Source of the DNA: Clostridia bacterium
GTDB taxonomy: Bacteria; Bacillota; Clostridia; JAAYHZ01
Assembly: GCA_050950825.1 (NCBI GenBank)
Contig: JBMNIH010000005.1
Location: 64,001-128,000, forward strand
Direction: 5' to 3'
DNA: 64,000 nt
Position 1 is the stretch's first letter, and each line of letters opens with the position of its first letter. Shown piece after piece: positions 27,154 to 37,064 of this stretch. A program made the translations under genes and the position numbers. The notes under the pieces are model-generated. The model saw only the letters and a program-made list of their open reading frames with translations. It did no database searches and was not told the DNA's origin.

Positions 27154-27168
27154 ATTATCAATGATAAT
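27154..27168. promoter_or_regulatory. Perfect 7-1-7 palindrome just upstream of the ArsR RBS (candidate operator)
   Basis: ATTATCA-A-TGATAAT. Confidence 0.45.
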
Positions 27169-27327
27169 GGAAAACACGAACCAAAACAGTTCGATCGGTT
27201 ATCTGTCGTAATTTTTTCGTATAATTTTATATTTTTCTTTAGTAACGACCGATAAATTCATTAATATCGCCTAAATTGGTTGATATCCCCTAAAAATCTT
27301 CCTTTATTTTACCTCACATCGAAATTA

Positions 27328-27355
27328 ATTATATCATTCCTTTGTTTAAATTCAA
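27328..27355 (-). promoter_or_regulatory. SigmaA promoter for the ArsR-RiPP operon
   Basis: Minus strand TTGAAT-N16-TATAAT with an extended TGn, in an AT-rich intergenic region. Confidence 0.6.
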
Positions 27356-27521
27356 TCACTTTATTACTAAAATCTTGATTTTTAGCACAAATTTATTTTT
27401 AAAAATGTTAAATTTCTGCCTTCAAGCCTTATATATCCCCGTTACCACTACAGTTCCGAAGGGTTTTATGGTAAGATGGAAAAAATAATTTCAACATCAA
27501 AGAACAGCGGAGATACCATAC

Positions 27522-28211
27522 ATGATCATGTACAAATACGAAACCCATGCTCACACATCGGAAATCAGCCTGTGCGGAAAAATCAGCGCCGCGGATTTGG
27601 TCAGGTTCTATAAACAACAAGGATACAAAGGCATATTCATAACCGACCATTTCATAACCGGCAACACAACGGTACCGAAGGATTTGCCTTGGAAAACACG
27701 CATCGATATGTACTGCAAGGGCTTTGAAAACGCATATGCGGAGGGAAAGCGTATCGGGATTGACGTCTTTTTCGGTTGGGAACACTCATTTCAAGGAACG
27801 GACTTTTTGACCTACGGTTTGGACAAAGAATGGCTTTACGAACATCCGGAGCTGGAGGCAGCGGACCTGAATACATACAGCGACATTGTAAGGGCTAGCG
27901 GCGGTTTTGTGGTTCATGCCCATCCCTTTCGCGAAGCCGGCTATATCAGTATGATCCGTCTGCTTCCCCGTAAGGTGGATGCGGTGGAAACGGACAATTC
28001 ATGCCGAACGGATTTTGAAAACTTTTTGGCCAATCAGTATGCCGAAAATTACGGCCTTTTGAAATTCGCCGGGTCCGATAACCACAGAGGGCCTCTTCCT
28101 CGCCTTGCGGGAATACAGGTGGCCGAGCCTTTAAAAACGGAAACGGATCCGGTTGATGCCATAAAATCCGGGAAATTTGAAATGTTCTCGCTTATCAACG
28201 ACGGAAAATGA
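27522..28211 (+). CDS. PHP domain metal-dependent phosphoesterase
   Basis: ETHAHT, ITDH, VHAHPFR and AGSDNH. Confidence 0.88.
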   Translation: MIMYKYETHAHTSEISLCGKISAADLVRFYKQQGYKGIFITDHFITGNTTVPKDLPWKTRIDMYCKGFENAYAEGKRIGIDVFFGWEHSFQGTDFLTYGLDKEWLYEHPELEAADLNTYSDIVRASGGFVVHAHPFREAGYISMIRLLPRKVDAVETDNSCRTDFENFLANQYAENYGLLKFAGSDNHRGPLPRLAGIQVAEPLKTETDPVDAIKSGKFEMFSLINDGK

Positions 28212-28344
28212 CATTCAATATTCCATAGAAACTATGGTGTATAGAAGAAAAAGTTGAATCATCATTCGGGGAATGCTAGAATGAAACAAAGAAGCTTTGA
28301 AGCTTTTGGCTAGGCCAATAGGATAAATAAAAGGAGTTGATTGT

Positions 28345-29169
28345 ATGCCATTACCGGTAGCGCTGCAAATGTATTCGGTAAGAGACGAATTAAGTAAAGA
28401 TTACAAAGCCACGTTAGAAAAAGTCAAGGCCATGGGCTACGACTATGTGGAATTAGCCGGGTTCGGAGGAAAAAGCGTCGATGAAATAAAGAAACTGTAC
28501 CAAGATGCCGGACTATGCATCATATCCGCCCATGTAGCTATTTCGGAACTGTTAGAGGACACGAAGAAAACCTTGTCGGAATATGCCTCTTTAGGCTGCT
28601 CCTATATCGCCATTCCTTGGCTGGAAGAAGAAAGACGTCCGGGGCATAAGGGATTTGAACCGACCATTCAAGACATTTTAAACATCGGAAGAATCGCAAA
28701 GGAAATGGGAATGAGCCTGCTTTATCACAACCACGATTTTGAGTTTGTCACAATCGACGGAAAATACGCTTTGGACATTCTGTACGAAACGATACCGGCG
28801 GATATCTTACAGTCCGAAATCGATACCTGTTGGGTTCATTTTGCCGGCGTCAATCCCGTGGAATATTTGAAAAAATTCAAAGGACGTGCACCCGTTGTAC
28901 ACTTGAAAGATTTCACCGCCGACGACACATCCTCTTCCGACACTCCCTACGACCTCATCATGAGCAATGCGCCGAAAAAGACAAGAGAGGAATCCCACTT
29001 TAAATTCCAACCTTTAGGCTACGGAAAACAAGACATTCCTTCTTTATTGGAAGCTTGCGAATACGTAGGAGCCAAATACGTTATCGTGGAACAAGACGTT
29101 TCAACCGATCGAACCGGTTTGGAGGATGCGGAAATCAGCCGTAACACATTGAAAAAATACGGATGGTAA
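28345..29169 (+). CDS. Sugar phosphate isomerase/epimerase (AP endonuclease 2 / IolE-like TIM barrel)
   Basis: LQMYSVR, GYDYVELAG, YHNHDFEF, EIDTCW, HLKD and IVEQD. Confidence 0.9.
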   Translation: MPLPVALQMYSVRDELSKDYKATLEKVKAMGYDYVELAGFGGKSVDEIKKLYQDAGLCIISAHVAISELLEDTKKTLSEYASLGCSYIAIPWLEEERRPGHKGFEPTIQDILNIGRIAKEMGMSLLYHNHDFEFVTIDGKYALDILYETIPADILQSEIDTCWVHFAGVNPVEYLKKFKGRAPVVHLKDFTADDTSSSDTPYDLIMSNAPKKTREESHFKFQPLGYGKQDIPSLLEACEYVGAKYVIVEQDVSTDRTGLEDAEISRNTLKKYGW

Positions 29170-29227
29170 AATAGAAGGATATATTAAAAGGGGTAAGATG
29201 TCCGATTCATTTTTTAAATCGGACACC

Positions 29228-29800
29228 TTACCCCATTTCTATAAGGTCGCCTTCCATGGCTTCCGCCTCTTTTTTATCGTGAGTCACCATAATCACGGTT
29301 TTTCCTTTTGTATACTCTTTGATGTATTCCATAACCGAAATCTTCGTATCCTTATCCAATCCTTTAAAAGGCTCGTCAAGAAAAAGGATGTCACGGTCCG
29401 CCAAAACGGCGCGGACAATGGACACTCTCCGCCTCATACCGCCGCTTAACCGGTTCACCGGTTTATTCATGCTGTCTCCCAAACCGATTCGATTTAAATG
29501 CTCTTTAATCGTTTCGATTTTTACGTTTTTGCCGCAAACAATACGTACGTTGGATATGGCGCCGAAGGTTTCGCATAAGCGTTCTTCTTGAAAAACGGCG
29601 CTCTTTCTTTCAGGGATGCCCGTAATATTCCCTTCGTCGGGAGTCAATAAGCCCGCCATAATATTAAGCAGAGTCGTTTTCCCGCATCCGGAGGGTCCCA
29701 TAATGCAAGTGACTTTGCCTTTTTTAATGACGGCGGAAAAATTCGTCAGTACTTTTTTGTCGCCGAAGCTTTTGGAGATATTGTCGAGCCGTATATCCAT
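29228..29800 (-). CDS. NitT/TauT family ABC transporter ATP-binding protein
   Basis: GPSGCGKTT, LSGGM, LDEPF and VTHD. The real start is probably ATG 29800, overlapping the permease TGA. Confidence 0.9.
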   Translation of the reverse strand: MDIRLDNISKSFGDKKVLTNFSAVIKKGKVTCIMGPSGCGKTTLLNIMAGLLTPDEGNITGIPERKSAVFQEERLCETFGAISNVRIVCGKNVKIETIKEHLNRIGLGDSMNKPVNRLSGGMRRRVSIVRAVLADRDILFLDEPFKGLDKDTKISVMEYIKEYTKGKTVIMVTHDKKEAEAMEGDLIEMG

Positions 29801-30618
29801 CAATATGTCTCCCTTAGGTTCAAAAGATATGCCAATGTCTTTACAAAAATCTTTTCCGCTAGGATGCTTAAGGCGATAATCACCAAGGTCCAAGCGAAAA
29901 GATCTCCCGTACTGAAATACACCTTCGCTTCGTAAAGCCTCTCTCCGATTGAGCCCGTAGGAATACCGATTACCTCGGCGGCGACGCCGGCCTTCCAGGA
30001 AAGCCCGATGGACACGGTGCAAGCGGAGAGAATGTAGGGCGTAAGGTGCGGTATATATATGTACCGCAGTCTTCTCCACCATCCGATATTAAACAAGTCG
30101 GCCATTTCCAAAAGCTGTTTGTCCGTGCTTCGTATCCCCAAAAGTACATTGGTATATACAATGGGCAGCACCATCAGAAAGGAAATGAATACGGATAGAT
30201 TCCTGGAATTCAACCAAATAAGGCAAAGAATGATGAAAGAAGCCACAGGCGTAGCTTTTATGGCCGCCATGTAAGGGCGAAGCAAGATATCGGCAATACG
30301 AAATCGGCCGGCGATGACGGCCAGCAAGGTGCCGATGAAAGACCCGATTAAAAAGCCGGATAGAATTCGGGATACGGAAAAAGCAACGGAACGCCAAAAA
30401 TCCCCTGTCGGAATCATGCGGAATAACCGCTCCAAAACGACAAAGGGCGTTACCAAAAGCAGCCGGTTGTTTATGGCCATGGCAAGAAGCTGCCATAAAA
30501 GGAGGGCGGCTAAAACAGCCGCCGCTTTTTCCAACCTCTTTTTATTTCGATTGATAATAGAAATCAGCCTCCGGAAGCTTTCCTCCCACGGCTTTCGGGT
30601 TTTGTGTGAAGAGCACAT
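29800..30618 (-). CDS. NitT/TauT family ABC transporter permease (true start probably about 30530-30570)
   Basis: Multiple TM segments; LLEMADLF...YIYIP and WKAGVAAEVIG (EAA-loop region). Confidence 0.88.
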   Translation of the reverse strand: MCSSHKTRKPWEESFRRLISIINRNKKRLEKAAAVLAALLLWQLLAMAINNRLLLVTPFVVLERLFRMIPTGDFWRSVAFSVSRILSGFLIGSFIGTLLAVIAGRFRIADILLRPYMAAIKATPVASFIILCLIWLNSRNLSVFISFLMVLPIVYTNVLLGIRSTDKQLLEMADLFNIGWWRRLRYIYIPHLTPYILSACTVSIGLSWKAGVAAEVIGIPTGSIGERLYEAKVYFSTGDLFAWTLVIIALSILAEKIFVKTLAYLLNLRETY

Positions 30619-31519
30619 TCAAATATCCCTCCAAGACGGTCTTCATTTCATCCCCGTCTATATATGTGATATTGCAGTACGGAATCGCTTTTTCCGCTAC
30701 CTTCGCCGCAACGATACCGAATTGCTCCGATAACTCGGCGGTCTTCGCGACATCGTCATTGGCTTTTTCCGTGGACGTTTTGTATTCTTTCAAAAACGCG
30801 GCAATTTGATCAGGATACTGTTCCGCAAATTCGCTTCTTACCACCAACACACCGGTAACCGATAAGCTTCCCGTTTTCAGATCCTCCCACGCCTTGTTCA
30901 AATCCAGCGCCATCCGCAGTCCTTCCACTTGGGTTTGGGCAACCGTTACGTAAGGTTGGGGAAGCATCGCCACTCCGGTTGCCGATTGGGAAAGAAGAGC
31001 CACGATTTCGGTAGGCTCGGATTTCCATTCCAGGGTTACGTCGTTGTCCGGATCGATTCCGTTTTCTTTAAGCAAGTAGCGTAGGTTGTATTCCGGAACG
31101 GAACCTTTGCCGCTGGCGTAAATGGTCTTGCCCTTCAAATCGGCGAAGGATTTCACAGAATCTCCTTTTTCCACAATGTACAAAACGCCTAAGGTGTTAA
31201 TAGCCAAAATTTTGATCTTTCCTTCGGTGTTGTTGTATAGAACCGAGGCCAAGTTGGCCGGTACGGCGGCAATGTCCAGTTCTCCTTGCAAAAGCTTCGG
31301 AGTCACTTCATCCGCGGAACCGTACACCGTAAGTTCATATTTATTCTTCGTTTCTCCTTTATCGGAAGAATCGATTAAATTCACCAAGCCGATGGATGTA
31401 GGGCCCTTTAATCCCCCTATGCGAATATCAACGCCTTCAACGGACTCGTCTTTTTTACATGCCGTTAAAAACGATAAAACCAGCGTTAAAACTGTGAGCA
31501 AGCAAATAATCTTTTTCAA
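30542..31519 (-). CDS. NitT/TauT family ABC transporter substrate-binding lipoprotein
   Basis: Lipobox FLTAC, LKGPTSIG, DIAAVPANLA, LPQPYVT and GGKLP. Confidence 0.9.
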   Translation of the reverse strand: MKKIICLLTVLTLVLSFLTACKKDESVEGVDIRIGGLKGPTSIGLVNLIDSSDKGETKNKYELTVYGSADEVTPKLLQGELDIAAVPANLASVLYNNTEGKIKILAINTLGVLYIVEKGDSVKSFADLKGKTIYASGKGSVPEYNLRYLLKENGIDPDNDVTLEWKSEPTEIVALLSQSATGVAMLPQPYVTVAQTQVEGLRMALDLNKAWEDLKTGSLSVTGVLVVRSEFAEQYPDQIAAFLKEYKTSTEKANDDVAKTAELSEQFGIVAAKVAEKAIPYCNITYIDGDEMKTVLEGYLNVLFTQNPKAVGGKLPEADFYYQSK

Positions 31520-31706
31520 CTGTATTCCCTTCTTTCTGTTAACAATTTATCAATCAAGTATTCTTTGCCTGCTATTATATAACCACACGACATGGAAAGC
31601 AAGTTTACATTATTGATTATCCGTCCGGCGAAACGGAGTAAAAAAATAGTTTAGAAGTGACGAAAAGGCTTTTTATGCTTAAACATATATTTTCATTGAT
31701 CCGACT

Positions 31707-31753
31707 AAAAAGCAAATGGAAGAACGCATTGTCGGCTCTTCCATTTGCTTTTT
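31707..31753. terminator. Perfect 17-bp inverted repeat (bidirectional terminator-like)
   Basis: AAAAAGCAAATGGAAGA ... TCTTCCATTTGCTTTTT. Confidence 0.7.
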
Positions 31754-31821
31754 CAATGATTTTTCAATATTAAAACTTTCCGACTCTTACCTTTTCGTTG
31801 TTGTCCTCATTGCAAGGTTTA

Positions 31822-32454
31822 TCAAAATCTATAGGGGAACTGTCCAATAATACCTTGTGTCATCACATCCGCCATTCTTAAAGCAAGCGCTTCAATTCGA
31901 TCAAATATATCTATACTCTCCTCGTATTGTCCGGTTAAGATATAAACAGCTTCGGATTTGGTCATTGCCAAATGCTCATACAGCATTGTCTTCCATTCTT
32001 GGACAGACCAATAAGGGTTTATGCTCCCTAGGAAAGCTGCAATTTCATCTGCATTTGCATACCAACTTTTTTCAGCATCTTCAGCAGCCTCGGTATCTCC
32101 CGCTTTTGCCGCTTGGACAAGTTGTGCCGCGATTACAAGATGACTTGTAAATAGGTCTGCAAAAGCGGAGGCGATTCTTTCACCGTAAAGCGGACTTAAC
32201 AGCATTTCAAAATCCTTTGGATTTCTTAACAATCGATTCGTCACAAAATCCACATCCGGTAAATCGAAAACCATAGAGACAATTGTCAACCTCGTCCAGA
32301 CAACATGCTACTCCCAAAGTAAACGTAAATAATTGCTTAAATCTAATTGAGCCTGATTGATTATAGAATAAGCTTTATTGGCATACCGCCGACTAAACGG
32401 ATGAATCAATGGTGTATACCCGGAGTTATAAGGGTATGATTCTGAATAATACAT
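31822..32454 (-). pseudogene. Conserved Bacillota helical protein (often mis-annotated 'acetylglutamate kinase') interrupted by an in-frame TAG
   Basis: ORFs 32308-32538 and 31822-32289 share one frame: LRLLWE*HVVWTRLTIVS with TAG at 32308-32310; WYANADEIAAFLGSINPYW motif. Confidence 0.75.
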
Positions 32455-32587
32455 TTTTTCACGACCTCTAATGGTATTTTTATATAGTATGATTATGTTA
32501 ACGGTAAAGTACCTTGTACTATATAACCGGTCAGGCAATATATTCAGGATGCCAAGCGATTACTTACGGATAATGCTTATTGCAATG

Positions 32588-33358
32588 TCATTTTTGGCTT
32601 TGTGCTTCCGATCGCTCCAAAACGATCCACCCGTTACCGTTCCAATAAACGGTTTGGATTACTCGGTCGTCCACAGGGCCCGAATACCCGTCTCCGGTAG
32701 AATGAAGAACGAGACCCTGCAGCGGTTTGTCTTGTATATCCGCAACGGAGGTTCCCGTAACAAGGCTCCCTATATACAGCTTCTCGCCGTCGGAAGACAA
32801 GACCGGCTCTTCCCCTGTCGTATTAAGACGCTCCGCCACCGAAGGGAACGGGTCGACCTCACCTGCGCCGTAAACATCAAGGGCAAATACGGATACAAGC
32901 CCGGAATTGGCGTACTTCGTATGGACTTCCAAAACGATGGCATCCTTTTTTTCGGAAAACAGCTTTGCCGTATAGAATTCATAGTCGCCTACGGCTTGTA
33001 CGATATGCGCCGTCGTATCGCCGGTTCCGAATCGAATCCGTATGACAAGAAAAGATGCATCGTATCGATTGAAGCCGTTATGATCAAAAACGTATAAGCT
33101 TACATACGCTTCGTCGTCATTTTCTCCGATACCGTCCAAGTTTAAGCCGGTAAAAAGCTTGCCGTGTTCTTCCACAGGCCGTATCCAAGATAACTCGTCA
33201 TCGTTATCCGTATTGTTCACATTTTCTTCTTCCTGCATATTTTCAAAAGCAGTCATAGCTGCCGTCGGGTCACCGACCTTCGATTCGCTTGCGAAAGCGG
33301 AGCACCCCGCGGTAAAAAGCAACATCAAGCAAAGAAGAACAAGGAGCCGTTTATTCAT
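32588..33358 (-). CDS. Hypothetical lipoprotein
   Basis: MNKRLLVLLCLMLLFTAGC lipobox, GAGG RBS, acidic beta-rich body. Confidence 0.75.
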   Translation of the reverse strand: MNKRLLVLLCLMLLFTAGCSAFASESKVGDPTAAMTAFENMQEEENVNNTDNDDELSWIRPVEEHGKLFTGLNLDGIGENDDEAYVSLYVFDHNGFNRYDASFLVIRIRFGTGDTTAHIVQAVGDYEFYTAKLFSEKKDAIVLEVHTKYANSGLVSVFALDVYGAGEVDPFPSVAERLNTTGEEPVLSSDGEKLYIGSLVTGTSVADIQDKPLQGLVLHSTGDGYSGPVDDRVIQTVYWNGNGWIVLERSEAQSQK

Positions 33359-33503
33359 GATCCCATAACCTCACCTGTAAAAACTAAGCTTAAGGCAATG
33401 CACGATTCATCTTCATACATTGCCTATCATTTATCTTATCACTATTCTATACTTAATGCTTCAACAAATTGGATAAATTACGGACTTCATATCTCAAATT
33501 GTT

Positions 33504-34882
33504 CTATTCTCCGTCAATCCGTTTCTGATATTCTTTGACAAATTGATCCCTTTCTTCCGAACGAAGCATTTCGCGGTATTCATTAAAGTTGACGTTGTTC
33601 GGTAATACGGGGCGATTGATTCCGTCTCCAAAAAAGTTATATAACAAATCGGATCGGTTTTGCAAAAACTCATCCATAGGATAAGAATAAAAGATTCGAT
33701 CGTTGGGAACTCCGGGAATGATTTGCCTTTCACCGGTTTCTAAAAGTCTTAGATACTCGTCATGTCCTACAGGATCGTTAATATGTATGAGGGGCGATGT
33801 GGGAATGCAGAAGCTTTGTTCTATTTTAAAAGCATCGCCGGGGACATAGTATCTTCCGTCTTGGAATTTATAGTGAACGTCCTCAACGCCGTAGCACAGC
33901 AGACGGTTAAATTCAAGGTCGGTAGCGACCCACCGTAAAAAGATCAAGGATCGTTCCGTTTTCTCGTTGTCATAAATACCGTAACGGCCGACGATTCTCT
34001 TTTTGGTGTAGGGGACGGTATCGTTGATATACAGAACTTCCATATTTTCATGAAACCTTAAGTGGTCACTTATAAGACCGGGGCTGATATATCGCGAGTC
34101 CACTAAACTCATTTTTGCCCTGCTTTCAAAAGTAAACAAGGCATAATTAAGAAAAAGGGTTTCCTTTTCATCGAGACGGCTTACGGTCTCAAAAAGTTTA
34201 TCAAAGACTTCCGTTTCTTCCAAAGGTACGACATTTCCGTCCTTTAACCCGAAACCAAAGTCAAGGTCGATATATCCCATCTCTTGGCATATAAGTCCGA
34301 TCAGACTATATTCGTCCGTTGTAAAGCACTGCTTTGTCCTACGGTTAAAATATCTGTTATTTACGCCGAATTCCGCAAGAGCAATGATATCGTCTACCGT
34401 ATTGATCGGAGGTCTTCCGGCGGCGTTATAAAATTCTCGGTTCACTACCAAACAGTATTTCATTGTAAGCGGTACTTGATGAGCCTCCGGAACCGGGTAG
34501 ATTCTTCCTTTATAGATAACGGGGTTGTCTTCGTCTTGGATATCTTGTATCTGCATATAGCTTTCCGGATACAGGTTCGGCAAAAGGTCCGTAAGGTCCG
34601 CAAGCAGGCCTTCCTCTATTAATCTCTCGATTTCGGGCGGAAAGCATATAATATCGGCCGGTTCTCCGGATAAAACCCGTGAAACAAAGTCTTCTTGACT
34701 TTTAATAAAATCTATAACGAAATCGGTATTGTACTTTTCCATGGTCATGGCAGAGGCCATATCAACGATTTTGGTAAAACTCGTGCTGCCTTCCGCTAAA
34801 TGAGGAGTCCCCTGTCGTCAGGATGCGAAGGGTCAAAGGCTTTAACAAAGCCTCTTCCTTCTCATGACTACTACAATCACCA
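33504..34882 (-). pseudogene. Solute-binding-like lipoprotein paralogue 1; signal peptide deleted and +1 frameshift near 34775
   Basis: Highly similar to 37065-38537. The LKPLTLRILT segment lies in another frame (ORF 34762-35097) and the lipobox region is missing. Confidence 0.75.
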
Positions 34883-34969
34883 ACCTCTTCCTGCATTTTT
34901 ATAACCATTTGTTTATCCGTACCGATATATTTTCGGAAAATACGATATATGATTCGTTTATGAATTGTT

Positions 34970-36434
34970 CTATTCCCCGTCAATCCGCTTCTGATAATCT
35001 TTGACAAATTGATCCCGTTCCTTCGAGCGAAGCATTTCACGGAATTCTTGTAACGTTGCGTTTTCCGGCAATATGGGACGATTGTTTCCGTCTCCAAAGA
35101 AGTTTTTTATCAAATTGGATCTGTTGAATAAATAATCATCCGAGAAGGAAGAAAAGATTCGTTCGTTGGGAATTTCCGGGAATGATTTGCTTTTCATCGG
35201 TTTCTACAGACTCGAGAAATTCCTCATATCCCACCGGATCGAGGATATGTATAAGAGGCGATGTCGGTTTACAGAAATTATTCACGATTTTAAAAACATC
35301 GCCGGGGACATAGTATCTTCCGTCTAGGAATTTATAATGAACGTCCTCAACGCCGTAGCACAGCAGCCGGTTCAATTCAGGGTCGGTAGCGACCCATCTT
35401 AAAAAGATTAACGATCGTTCCGTGTTATCATTTGCAGTAATACCGTAACGGCCGACTATTCTCTTGTTGGTATAAGGTACGGTGTCGTTGATATACAGAG
35501 TTTCCATTGTGTTGTAAAATTTTGTGTGGTCTTTTATAGCATTAGGACCGATATATTGCGAGTCGAGTAAGCTCATTATTCCCGTGCTCTCAAAATTCGT
35601 ATAGTTATATTTAAACACAATCGCTTCCTTTTCATCGAGACGGGTTATGGTCTCAAATAATTTTTCAAAAACTTCCGTTTCTTCCAAAGGTACGACCTTT
35701 CCGTCCTTTAACCCGAAGCCATGACCAATGTCGATATATCCATTCTCTTGGCATATAACTCCGATCAGGTCAAATACGTCCGCCAAAAAGCATCGCTTTG
35801 CCCCACGGTTGAAATATCCGTTATTCACGCCGAATTCCGCAAGAGCAATGATGTCGTCCGCCGTATTGACCGGAGGCCTTCCGGCGGCGTTATAGAATTC
35901 CCGATTCACCGTCAAACAATATTTAATTGTAAGATAATTTCGATAAACTTCCGGAACCAAGTAGATTCTTCCTTTATAGATATCGGGTTGTCTTCGTCTT
36001 GAATATCTTGTATGCGCATATAGCTTTCCGGATACAGGTTCGGCAAAAGCTCCGTAAGGTCCGCAAGCATTCCTTCCTCGATTAATCTTTTGGTTTCGGG
36101 CGGACTGCATATAATATCGGCCGGTTCTCCGGATAAAACCCTCAAAACATAGTCCTCGTACATGGGGATGAATTCCATGATGAAAGCGGTATTGTATTTT
36201 TCCATGGTCATGGCGGAGGCCATATCGACAATTTTGGAAAACTCGTACTGATTTCCTTTTAAAGGGGTCGCATCTCCTATCGTCAGAATGCGAAGAGTCA
36301 AAGGCTTTAACAAGGCATCTTCATTGGCATGACCTTGCTCATCATCCGTCCGGTTTGTGCAGCTTGCGGAGAATATAACGAAAAGGATGAGCAAATATAC
36401 GACCGTTCTTTTTCCCGTAATCACGATAATCACC
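34970..36434 (-). pseudogene. Solute-binding-like lipoprotein paralogue 2 with two frameshifts
   Basis: Split into ORFs 35912-36487, 35136-36110 and 34970-35197. There is a -1 at GGG 35985-35987 (GGGG in copy 1) and a +1 at TTT 35173-35175. Confidence 0.8.
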
Positions 36435-36515
36435 AACCTCTTATTGAATTCTTTATTTACAATTTCGACCCGTGAGCCTTTTGGCATATCCCGTTATATC
36501 TAATCAGCTCATGCC

Positions 36516-36950
36516 TTATCGAAATCCCATTTCCTCAAGAATCAAGACGGCCGTTTCTATGGCTTTCGGGCATACTTCTTTTTGTCTGCCCGGAAAGCTT
36601 TTTCTTTTTTCATAATCGCGTATATCGTATCCTAAAAGATCACGGCAAAGAACCGTTCCTTTTCTTTTCGCGAATTCTTCCATGAATTGCGACGTTATGT
36701 CATAACACCTTTGCTTCGAATCCTTGTCCTCTTTTATGTATTGACCGTATTTTAATCCGATGACCATAACGGCACCGGAAACCGCACCGCATACTTCACC
36801 GCATCGCATGCCGCCTCCGAACCCGCCGGCGATTTTCAATACCCATTGTCGGTCCGCACCAAGCTGTTCACAGAATGCACCGGCAACGGCCTGGCAGCAG
36901 TTAAAACCGTCGTGAAACAATTCAAAGGCTTTTTGAACCTTTTCGCTCAT
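36516..36950 (-). CDS. C-GCAxxG-C-C family putative redox protein
   Basis: GFNCCQAV, GFGGGM..GEVCGAVSGA, VLCRDLLG and EVCP. Confidence 0.9.
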   Translation of the reverse strand: MSEKVQKAFELFHDGFNCCQAVAGAFCEQLGADRQWVLKIAGGFGGGMRCGEVCGAVSGAVMVIGLKYGQYIKEDKDSKQRCYDITSQFMEEFAKRKGTVLCRDLLGYDIRDYEKRKSFPGRQKEVCPKAIETAVLILEEMGFR

Positions 36951-37064
36951 GGCATCACCACCATTTCTTTCTATCTGAAATAATATTTATGCTATTATTA
37001 TACTACTTGTAAGCATCGTCGTACAGGGAGCCGGTAAAATTCGGCAATTTATCCCGGCATTGTT

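Noticed and set aside
27154-27168. Canonical Fur box
   Set aside because: The half-sites are in the reverse order (ATTATCA-N-TGATAAT) relative to TGATAAT-N-ATTATCA, and the flanks match poorly.
29801-30082. N-terminal extension of the ABC ATPase in the ORF track
   Set aside because: It overlaps the permease; ATG 29800, coupled to the permease stop, is the more plausible start.
32308-32310. Pyrrolysine codon
   Set aside because: There are no pyl genes in the window, the protein is not a methylamine methyltransferase, and one C to T change from Gln explains the codon.
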